Origin: the human T2T-CHM13v2.0 reference genome, Homo sapiens
Assembly: GCF_009914755.1 (NCBI RefSeq)
Contig: NC_060934.1
Length of the DNA stretch: 64,000 nucleotides
Direction: 5' to 3' (one strand)
A program made the translations under genes and the position numbers. Shown piece by piece: positions 54,067 to 64,000 of this stretch (position 1 is its first letter; each line of letters opens with the position of its first letter). The notes below the pieces were generated by a model. It ran no database searches. It was given only the letters and a program-made list of their open reading frames with translations, and had not been told where the DNA came from.

Positions 54067-54568
54067 TATATATGCATACATATATACATACATGTATATA
54101 TATACACACATACCTATATGTATACATATACATACATATATGCATCTATACACACACATACATACATATATGTGTGTGTGTATATATATATAAAGGGGAG
54201 TTTATTAAGTATTAACTTACATGATCACAAAGTCCCACAATAGGCTGTCTAAAAGCTGAGGTGCAAGGTGAGCCAGTCTGAGTCCCAAAACTGAAGAATT
54301 TGGGGTCTAATGTTTGAAGGCAGGAAGCATCCAGCATGGGAGACAGATGTAGGCTGAAGGCTAGGCCAGTCTCACCTTTCACGTTTTTCTGCCTGCTTTA
54401 TATTTTCTGGCAGCTGATTAGATTGTGCCCACCAGATTAAGGGTGGGTCTGCCTTCCCCACCCCACTGACTCAAATATTAATCTCCTTTGGCAACACCCT
54501 CACAGACACACCCAGAATCAATACTTTTTTCAATCCAATTAAGTTGACACTCATTATTAACCATCACA
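53942..54568 (-). mobile_element. 3' LTR, MLT2A type, with expanded (TA)n(CA)n microsatellite
   Basis: Same termini as the 5' LTR; preceded on the minus strand by the purine-rich ..CAAGGGGTGGCC PPT; TATAAA at 54397-54402, GTAAGT at 54215-54220, AATAAA at 54201-54206. Confidence 0.93.
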
Positions 54569-55199
54569 AGGCCACCCCTTGTCAACTTGAACCCACACAC
54601 ATCTCCTGATATCATACATAATCTTCAAATAAAGAAAACAATAAGGTCATAATTACACCTAACTTAATACAACTATCCTTTGTACAACCGGAAACACACC
54701 AATCCCCAACCCAAATACTATTACCTGAAGTTAGCAACACTTAAATGCTGACATGAAGTCAATAAATCTTATGTCACATGTTAAAGAAAAAGGAAATAAA
54801 ATGAAGATATTTTCTTAGTACAAGTGTATACATGCACAAACCTGTTTTTAACGAAAGAAGGAGGAAACATTCATGACAGGTACAGTCCTCGTTTCTGCAG
54901 CTGGTCATGTAGTTGTAGCTGGTATCTATGACTACCTTCTTCAACTACCCATTCTGGATTCCCTCTGCCTTCAGCAAGCACCTCAACAGGTCGTGGTTTT
55001 TTTCCTGGTAGAGTGACCCAAACCTTCACTCCTGAGGGGTCTGGGTCATTTGTAGTCCTGCCTGAATTGGGCTGTTGTAGTTTCCCATTGATCTTAATCA
55101 CAGCGCATGGTAATACTAGGAGACACCCAAGTGGATCTCCTGTATTCTTCCTTACCTCTGTTATGCATACTCTTCCTTACCTCTGTTATGGTGTAGCAG

Positions 55200-55390
55200 A
55201 CTGATTTCATCTTGATAGTCCGGGTCAATCACCCCAGTCAACATTGTAACTCCCTTCTTAGCCTGTTGAAGGAGCCCAAAGTGTCCAGGTACAATCTTAA
55301 CTTTCAGTTTAATGGAATTGTTGTTGTGTTTCCTGTTGGCAGTGTTCCTCTCTCAGGAACTAAGACCGCTAGGCCACCAGAATGTAATGT
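55200..55390 (-). pseudogene. HERV-L dUTPase remnant downstream of integrase
   Basis: Minus strand reads ..PGHFGLL.. and GVTMLTGVIDPDYQDEI, which is dUTPase motif 3 (GVIDxDY), in the position typical of ERV-L. Confidence 0.8.
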
Positions 55391-55399
55391 CATGGGAAC

Positions 55400-58300
55400 A
55401 GGAAGGAAAAATTTTGTTAGTGGATCACTAGGGGTGATGGTGAGCGGTGCCACTTCCATTTCCACCCCCTGATTCTTGGGCCTATGAATCCTGGCTATAA
55501 GAGAAATAGTGCCATATATTGGACACTGATTCAGAGCATACATGGCCTTCTAGAGAACCTTGTCCCAGCCCTGCAAAGTATTGTCACCTAGCTGGCATTG
55601 TAATTGTGACTTCAAAAGTCCATTTTTACCGTTCTATCAATCCAGCTGCTTCAGGATGATGGAGAACGTGGTAAGACCAGTGAATTCCACGAGCATGAGC
55701 CCACTGCTGCACTTCTTTAGCCACAAAGTGAGTGCTTTGGTCAGAGGCAATGCTGTGTGGAATACCTTGATGGTGAATAAGGCACTCTGTGAGTCCGTGG
55801 ATGGTAGTCTTGGCAGAAGCATTGCATACAGGATAGGCAAACCCATATCCAGAGTAAGTGTCTATTTCAGTGAGGACAAATCTCTGCCCTTTCCATGATG
55901 GAAGAGGTCCAATATAATCAACCTGCCACCAGGTAGCTGACTAATCACCCTGAAGAATGGTGCCATATAGAGGGCTCAATGTTGGTCTCTGCTACTGGCA
56001 AATTGGGCACTCAGCAGTGGCCATAGCCAGGTCAGCCTTGGTGAGTGGAAGTCCATGTTGCTGAGTCCATGCATAACCTCCATCCTGGCCACCATGGCCA
56101 CTTTGTTCATGGGCCCATTGGGCGATGACAGGGGTGGCTGGGGAAAGAGGCTGAGTGGCATCCACAGAAACAGAATGGGTCATCCTATCCACTTGATTAT
56201 TAAAATCCTCCTCTGCTGAGTTCACCCGTTGGTGAGTGCTCACATGGGATACAAGCATCTTCATGGTTTTTGACTACTCCGAGAGGTCTGTCCACATACC
56301 TCTTTCCCAAATTTCTTTGTCACCATTTTTCCAATCATGCTTCTTTCAAGTCCCTGACCATCAAGCCAAGCCATTGGCTACAGCCGATGAATCAGTATAT
56401 AATCGCACATCTGGCCATTTCTCCTTCCATGCAAAGTGCACAACCAGGTGCACTGCTCAAAGTTCTGCCCACTGGGAAGATTTCCTTTCACCGCTGTCCT
56501 TCAGGGATGTCCTAGAAAGGGGCTATAATGCTGCAGCTGTCCATTTTCGGGTGGTGCCTGCATATTGTGCAGAACCATCTGTGATGGTTCTCTTCCTCCT
56601 TCTGTCATCTGATCATAGGGAACTACCCATGAGGCCATCGGTGCAGGCTGGGGAAGAGAAGGCAAGGTAGCAGGAGTGGAGACCATGGGCATTTGAGCCA
56701 CTTCCTCATGTAACTTACTTGTGCCTTCAAGACCCACTGGAGCCTGCTCACGTATATGCCACTTCCACTTGATGATGGAATGCTGCTGTGCATGACCCAC
56801 TTTATGGCTAGATGGATCAGAAAGCACCTAGTTCATGATAGGTAGTTCAGGTCTCATGGTGACTTGATGACCCATAGTCAAACGTTCAGTTTCGACCAAA
56901 GCTCAGTAACAAACCAAGAGCTGTTTCTCAAAAGGAGAGTAGTTATCTCCAGAAGATGGCAGAATCTTGCTCCAAAATCCTAGAGGCCTCTTCTATGATT
57001 CATCTAAAGGGGCCTGCCAAAGGCTCCAAACAGCATCCCTATCTGCCACTGACACCCACGCAACATTGGATTGCTGGGTCATATGGCTTAAGTGGCAGAG
57101 AAGCTTTCACAGCAGCCTGGACCTGTTGCAGAGCCTTCTCCTGTTCTGGACCTCACTCAAAACTGTCAGCCTTTCGGGTCACTAGATAAATGGGCCAGGG
57201 TAACACACCCAAATGAGGAACGTGTTCCCTCCAAAACCCAAATAGGCCCACTAGGCATTGTGCCTCTTTCTTGATTATAAAAGAGGCCAAATGCAGCAAC
57301 TTATTCTTCACCTTAGAAGGAATATCTCAACAGGCCCCACACCACTGGAACCCTAGAAATTTTACTGAGGTAGAAGCTCCCTGAATTTTAGTCAGATTTA
57401 TTTCCCATCCTCTGGCATGCAAATGTCTCACCAATAAGTCTAGTGTGTTTGCTACTTCCTGCTTATTGGATCCAATCAACATAATGTCATCAGTGTAATG
57501 GACCAATGTGATATCTTACAGAAGTGAAAAGCCATCAAATTCTCTCCTAATAAGATTATGACACAAAGCTGGAAAGTTGATGTACCTCTGAGGTAGGACA
57601 GTAAAGGTATATTGCTGGCCTTGCCAGCTGAAGGCAAATTGCTTCTGGTGGGCCTTATGGACAGGAATGGAGAAAAGGGCATTTGCCAAGTCAATGGCTG
57701 CATACTAGGTACCAGGAGATGTATTAATTTGCTCAAGCAATGAAACCACATCTGGTACAGCAGCTGCAATTGGAGTCACCACTTGGTTAACCTTACAATA
57801 ATCCACTGTCATTCTCCAAGATCCATCTGTCTTCTGCACAGGCCAAATGGGATAATTGAATAGTGATGTGGTGGGAATCACTACCCCTGTGTCTTTCAAG
57901 TCCTTGATGGTGGCACTAATCTCCGCAATCCCTCCAGGGATGCAATATTGTTTTTGATTTACTATTTTTCTCATTATTTTTCTAGATAGAGGCAGCTCTA
58001 ATGGCTTCCATTTGGCCTTTCCTACCACAATAGCCCTACCCTACCAGTCAGGGAGCCAATGTGGGGGTTCTGCCAGCTGCTAAGTATGTCTATGCCAATT
58101 ATGCATTCTGGGGAAATGACCACAGGATGAGTCTAGGGACCCACTGGATCCACTTTAAGTCAGACCTGAGCTAAAACTCCATTAATTACCAACCTCCATA
58201 AGCCCCTACTTTAACTAGAGGACCACAGTGAAGTTTTGGGTCCCCTGAAATCAGTGTCAGCTCAGAGCCAATATCCAGTAGTCTCCCAAATATCTGATCA

Positions 58301-58437
58301 TTTCCCTTTCCCCAGTGCACAGTTACCCTGGTAAAAGGCCAGAGGTCTCCTTGGGGAAGGATGGGAGAAAGACTCATTGCATAAATTGTCAGTAATGTAG
58401 TGGGATCCTTCCTCAAGGGGACTTGGCCTCCATTCAT
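55400..58437 (-). pseudogene. HERV-L pro-pol remnant (protease, RT, RNase H, integrase)
   Basis: Protease LLDIGSELTLI; [20 protein letters not shown] and HYTDDIML (YxDD) near 57486-57500; RNase H VSHVSTH..FNNQVD; integrase HEQSGH..CPIC zinc finger; many stops and frameshifts. Confidence 0.9.
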
Positions 58438-58499
58438 TCAAGGGGTTATGGGTCTGTAAACTGGCTTACATCTGGAAATTGATTGAGAGGCTGTGATTC

Positions 58500-60480
58500 T
58501 TTGTTTTTATAACTCAAATTAGTCCTTTGTCCATAGAAGTTTTCTGCTTGTATAAATTAAGTAGGAATGCAGTATACTTCCCATCAATTTCACTTCTAGG
58601 AACACTGTGATTAATTAGCCAGTGCCAGAGTTCTACATGAGTCAGGCTATTCTGATTGTCGCTTTGCCTCTGCTGTCCATTATGGTAGCTATGCCCACCT
58701 TGCCTTTGATGATTGAGTGCCGCCACTTGGCTTCCGCCCCCTCGGGATCCACCTATTCCCATTGTATTTAAATTTTGTAGATGAGTGACTGTGGTTCCCA
58801 CCATTAGATCTGGCATGCATAGGAGAGCAATTACGGGGCTCTTCAAACATGCAGGTGCTGCCCTTGCAAATCTATCTTGCAAGGCATGGGTCAAGGATAT
58901 ATCTTCTGGACCCTCACAGCTTTGGATGAGTAGGTCTAAAGTGACTAATCCACTCCACCATCCCAATCTCCCTAAGCCTTTGGATCCCTTCCTCTACATT
59001 AAACCAAGGGAGATCACGCATTTCCAGCTCATTCACAGTGGGCCATCTTTTAATCCATATTTCAGCTAACCAAGCAAATAAACTATTAGAATCTTTTTTT
59101 AACTCCCTAAGCTGCAACATTAAAAGCAGAGTCCTGGCTGGGCACGGTGGCTCACGTCTGTAATCCCAGCACTTTGGGAGGCCGAGGTGGGAGGATCAGG
59201 AGGTCAGGAGATCGAGACCATCCTGGCTAACATGGTGAAACCCCTTCTCTACTAAAAATACAAAAAAATTAGCTGGGCTTGGTGGTGGGCGCCTGTAGTC
59301 CCAGCTACTCGGGAGGCTGAGGCAGGAGAATGGCATGAACCCGGGAGGCGGAGCTTGCAGGAGCCAAGATCACGCCACTGCACTCTAGCCTGGGTGACAG
59401 AGCAAGACTCTGTCTCAAAAAAATAAAATAAAATAAAAAATAAAAATAAATAAATAAAAGCAGAGTCCCTACTTAGCAGGCCCAAATCAATAAATTCAGT
59501 CTGATCCAACTCTGTGTTCCTTCCACCATTATCCCATAAACTTAATACCCATTTCCATGCCTGTTGTCCAGATTTCTGTTTATATAAGTTAGAAAATTCA
59601 AGCAATTCTTTTCCAGGGAGGTGCACCTCCTCATGGGTCACACTCTCAATCTCACCTCCAGGGGCCCACCAGGACTTTAGTCTAGTTATAGGTCTAGAAG
59701 CAAACGGGGTGTTGCAGGTGGTTCCTGAGGAGAATCAACATTATTTTGCCTGGCAACAGCCTCGTGGGAGGCCTCACTGTTGCTTCAGGCAGTGCAGGGT
59801 TTATCTACTTAGACAAAGGTGAAAGGCTGATGGCAGCATGGGTCAGAGGGGATGTTGCCACTACTGGGGATGGGGAAGCTGTTTCTTCTGGCAAGAAATG
59901 TTCATCAGAGTTTACAAACTCAATGTCCCCAGCTTCATCAGGGTCCTCACACATGTCCCCATTCCAAGTTGCAGGGTCCCATTATTTTCCAATCAATGCC
60001 TTCATTTTAACAGTAGATGCCTGCATGCACCTTTTATTGCAGGTCACCCACCTGCATAATAAGAGCTTGTGCCTGTTTTTCCATAATTTCAGCTCTTTCT
60101 CTATAAGAGATAAGGGCAATCTTAGCAGATTTGAGGCTCAGTATCTGCTTCTAAAGCCAGGAGGCAGAATCCCTGAGTTCATTTTCTTTGATCACTTTGT
60201 CCACTGAACTTAGGAGCAACCAACCAGCTTAACTATGTTCCCTGGTTTTCCACATACAGTCAAATGTATTATGTACAGAGTCACTAAACTCCTTGGCTCT
60301 CATGAGCGGTGAATCAGGAGTGTCAAATGCATTTATTTTGCATAACTCTCTTAACAGTTCAAGCCAAGGACTATCAGTGTTCGCCATACTATTACAAGTA
60401 GAGTCCTTAGCATTTTTGGGTCTAATCATATTAAGCAGCCAACTCCAGAAATCCCAAAACCAACAAAAGAACTCCATCCT
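58500..60480 (-). pseudogene. HERV-L gag remnant (frameshifted, Alu-interrupted)
   Basis: ORF pieces 60229-60477, 59252-59641 (ELLEFSNLYKQKSG..WVLSLWDNGGRN), 58914-59120 (DLPWFNVEEGIQRLREIG), 58514-58966. Confidence 0.85.
59136..59454 (+). mobile_element. AluY/Sc-like element inside HERV-L gag
   Basis: Full dimer with (AAAAT)n tail; 14-bp TSD taaaagcagagtcc at 59121-59134 and 59455-59468. Confidence 0.95.
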
Positions 60481-60501
60481 TAATATTCTGTTCCTCTAGA
60501 A

Positions 60502-60516
60502 CCACTCCTGGTACCA
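60502..60516 (-). promoter_or_regulatory. Primer binding site, tRNA-Leu
   Basis: TGGTACCAGGAGTGG just inside the 5' LTR, complementary to the CCACUCCUGGUA-CCA 3' end of tRNA-Leu(UAA). Confidence 0.85.
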
Positions 60517-60521
60517 AAGTC

Positions 60522-60989
60522 TGTATTAGTCAGGGTTCTTTAGAGGGACAGAGCTAATAGGATATGTATATATAATAAACTATTATATATATGTAAAATA
60601 AGCTATTTTACATATATATATGAGTTTATTAAGTATTAACTTACATGATCACAAGGTCCCACGATAGGCTATCTGCAAGGTGAGGAGCAAAGAGAGCCAG
60701 TCCAAGTCCCAAAACTGGAGAATCTGGAGTCTGAGATTCCAGGGCAGGAAGCATCCAGCACAGGAGAAAGATGTAGGCTGGGAGGCTAGGCCAGTCTCGT
60801 CTTTCACATTTTTCTGCCTGCTTTATATTTGCTGGCAGCTGATTAGATTGTGCCCACCAGATTAAGGGTGGGTCTGCCTTCCCCAGCCCACTGACTCAAA
60901 CGTTAATCTCCTTTGCCAACACCCTCACAGACACACCCAGGATCAATACTTTTTTCAATCCAATTAAGTTGACAATATTAACCATCACA
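60522..60989 (-). mobile_element. 5' LTR, MLT2A1/MLT2A2 type
   Basis: Minus strand starts TGTGATGGTTAAT and ends CTAATACA; TATAAA at 60822-60827, GTAAGT donor at 60639-60644, AATAAA at 60625-60630. Confidence 0.93.
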
Positions 60990-61400
60990 GACACTGTTAA
61001 CAAAAGAAAAAGTTGAGCACAGAGAGAAAATATTTGTAAATAATTTATCTAACCAAGGACTTGTATGCAGATTATATTGAAAACTTCTCAAATCTAGTAA
61101 TAATAGCACAGTAAAAGAAACATTTAAAAGGTCTGAACAGACACTTCCTAAAGAAGATATCCAGGCAAACAGGCACATGAAAAGCTGCTCAATATAATTA
61201 TCACTAGACAAATGCAAATTAAAACCAAATGACATGCCACAACTCTATAAAAAGGGCTAAAATGAAAAAGACTGACCATACTGAGTGTTGGCAAGGATGC
61301 GGGGAAACTGAAATTCTTTTAAACTGCAGATGAGAATGTGTAATGATACCCACACTTTGCAAAACAGTTTGGCAGTTTCCAGAAAGATCAACACTGCCCT
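60990..61400 (+). mobile_element. Old L1 (L1M), right part resuming after the provirus
   Basis: gacactgttaac..cagacacttcctaaagaagatat..aaatgcaaattaaaacca is collinear with the left part. Confidence 0.85.
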
Positions 61401-61404
61401 CAGA

Positions 61405-61623
61405 GCATGAAAACAGCCAGAGACAACACATGAATGCATATGTGAATGAGGGCGGCTGTGTCCTGATGCCACTTTATTTACTGTGGACACCGAGCTTTTG
61501 CATCATTTCCACATGTCACAAAATATTATTCTTCTTTTGATATGTTTCCAAAGATTTAAAAATACAAAAGCCATTCTTAGCTTTGGGGCTATATTGAAAT
61601 GGGACTGTGGTTTCCAGCCCCTG
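61405..61623. mobile_element. MER58 hAT-Charlie element
   Basis: atgtcacaaaatattattcttcttttgat..ccattcttagct..cccctg terminus. Confidence 0.7.
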
Positions 61624-64000
61624 TTCTTGAATAAGTTCCCAGGGCAACCCTGCGAAGAGCATGGAAAGCCCTGGGCACAAGCTCGATACTCAGGGACCAA
61701 GGCAGCAAACTCGGCTCCAGGTGGGGAGAGGCACCTTCTCCCCATGGGAAACACAGTGTGATTGGGGCTCAACAAGACTGAGGGGCACATGCAGAGCAGT
61801 CAGAGGGGGCTCAAGCAGCATGTCCAGTGCAAAAGTGGGGTCCTCAAGGGGGTGGAGGTATGTGACATTCACAAGGAAGATGCAGCATCCTTCAGGATCC
61901 TGAAAACCAGATCCTGAGGGCATGGGACACCCCCAGACAATGTCCTAGAACTGAAGGGCCCTATCTGGACAACCCACCCTTGTACAGTAGGGAATACAGC
62001 TCATAGAGGAGGGACATTCCCACCCCTCCCTCAAGGCTCCCTGGTGGAGCCTGGGGACTTTGGTGTCACATGGTGAGAGTAAGCAGAATCCTTCTCACCA
62101 GTATTGGGGGGGCTCAGTTCTTAAGACGCTTGTGGTGAGCAAGGGATTGGCCAGTTGTTCACCTGGTCCTTTGAGTCTCGGCGGTCAGTGGTGACGACCC
62201 CCAGCAGCTGGGGCAGGGGCACCCAGCCTCCCAGTCTCTTGGGGCCGCTGGACCACAGCAGGGTCACAAACTGGTGGTTTGGGGGACCAGGTAGAGCCTG
62301 CAAGTGTATTCTGTTTGGGCTACACAGTGAGAGTCATTACTTGGGGGTTGAAAGCCTTGGAGAGACTTGGATAGCCTTTCCAGTTTGCAGCAGAGCCTGT
62401 CATTTCCTACTGCTTTGTTTTTGCAGGCTACTTCAGGTGTGGACAATATTAGACTTGCCCCAGATCCTGTTTTATTTGACAAACCTGGGCAACACCTCAG
62501 GGAGATTCAGGGCTTGGGGACTGTGCAGAAGCCCTCATCTCGCTGTGATCCTCACTTCTTGGGTGTAAAAAGAGAACACTCACAGCATTTCCCTGACCTA
62601 GGCTCCTTAGAGCTATGATTTGCACACATTTCTAAATAATTTGCAGGAGCAACCCACTCCACCATTCATTCTACATTTACTCATAATTATTTATTAAACA
62701 CCTTGTCTTCCTAGGTGCCAAGGTACAAGGGTGAATGAGGAAGATAAGGCCCCAGCCCACAGGATTTTACAATCTAGTCCTGGAGGCAGACCAGGAGAAA
62801 ATGAAAAGCTCACGTCTAGTGAGGAGCACTGTGCAGGAGCTGGTGCCCCGTGAAATGGGACATGTGGGACACACCAGGAAGGCGGTGAGGGGTGCCTGTC
62901 AGAGGACTGGGAGCTGCAGGGCAGAAGGGCATAGATGCATGCTATCTCATCTCATCTTCATGCATTGCAGCCAGTGAAACTGATGCTCAGAGATGCTGAG
63001 TGCCAAGTCCAAGCTGAGAGGGCCTGGATTCAGGGAGTCTATCTCCCCAACTGACACCATATTGCCGCAAAGAGCTCCAAGTCCTGGTCAGGAATTCCAA
63101 CAGTGCTGAGCCTCCAGGTGGGACTCTTAGCTCCAGGGTCCTTTCCTTGGCTCTGAGACATGACCCTCCCTCTTCCTCCCCTGTCCCTCTCTCACCTGTG
63201 CTCCCACTGCCCTCACACAGGCCACCTGAATAAGACATGGCCTAGTGGGGGGTGAGGAGTGGGGTGGTACTTTGTGTTTGCTTCCCTGTGGACAGTCCGA
63301 TCACCAACATGGGGGACCCTGCCTGACTCCTGCTGCAGTGCCAGTGCCAGGCCCAGCCCACTGCAGTGGCAGAGGGGCCATGGACCAGTAGAGGGGCCCA
63401 GCTCCCTCAGTAGGGTCCTGGGTGTGGGGAGGTGGCATCCTTTCCACAGGGGGCATAAGAACTTGCCCCGCCTCTTCCCATAAGCTGCCCAAGGAAGGCT
63501 GCTCATCCCACCTGAGTTGCAGGGGAAGAGGATTCAGGGAGAGGAGGTTCTGCACCACAGCACTAACCGACCATGTCTGTACGCTCTCTGACTCCCCAAT
63601 GCATCTGTGAGGGCCTCAAGATCAGAAATCACGTCCTGTTTATGTCTCCCTGCCTGTTCTGCCTAGTGAGGCTTGGCCCCATGGGGGTGCTCCATAAGGC
63701 AGATCGAATGAATGAATGAAGAATGAATGAATGACAAACTGAAAGGAGGCCTCCACATCACTACAAAGCACCTTGCCAAGGGCAGGCTAATGGTCATTGC
63801 AGGCAGCGCTGCTGTGGCTGATCTCAGCAGGGGCGTCTCCAGCCCTGTGCCGTGCCACATGCCAGGGGACAGCAGGCATGAGAGCTGGGCACGGGTGAGC
63901 AAGCAGAGAAGGACAGAGATGCCAAGAGACAGAGTGGGTAGTGTGCTGGGAGCAGGGGGCTGCTGCCTGGTCCCCTTGGGGAGGGGGGGCCCTTTTGAGA

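Larger units (their letters stand above)
53942..60989 (-). mobile_element. HERV-L (ERVL) provirus, LTR to LTR, coding-decayed
   Basis: Two TG...CA MLT2A LTRs, PBS, gag/pro/RT/RNase H/IN/dUTPase remnants, no env; TSD gccac (53937-53941) / gacac (60990-60994). Confidence 0.95.

Noticed and set aside
55146-55190. 25-bp tandem duplication inside the ERV
   Set aside because: Neutral post-insertion slippage in decayed sequence
54871-60477. Possibly functional or domesticated HERV-L proteins
   Set aside because: All frames are broken into pieces of about 150 aa or less, the protease motif is altered (DIG) and an Alu interrupts gag
60502-60516. tRNA gene
   Set aside because: Only 15 nt matching a tRNA-Leu 3' end including CCA; this is the retroviral PBS

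Overview
This is human (primate) genomic DNA, not microbial. Positions ~1-46,200 hold the 3' end of WDFY4 on the + strand. I spliced 15 coding exons by hand through GT-AG junctions into one open frame (1,969 nt, about 655 aa plus stop) covering the complete BEACH domain and the C-terminal WD40 repeats, ending ...RIFCWSADG*, followed by a short 3' UTR with ATTAAA. Downstream are the MIR4294 hairpin (- strand), an MLT1 LTR and a structurally complete but coding-decayed HERV-L/MLT2A provirus (- strand, two LTRs, tRNA-Leu PBS, gag-pro-pol-dUTPase, no env, 5-bp TSD). The provirus sits inside an old L1 and is itself interrupted by an Alu. The rest is ordinary intronic repeat content (Alu, MIR, L2, L1M, MER5/53/58, microsatellites). 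I found no new protein-coding system. The best unexplained signals are at the RNA level: alternating complementary GGAT/ATCC/GGAT blocks bracketing two consecutive WD40 exons, a tandem in-frame acceptor behind a perfect TACTAAC, and an LTR promoter aimed at MIR4294 and the WDFY4 3' end. Gene, miRNA and repeat-family names come from recognition and memory, not from database searches.
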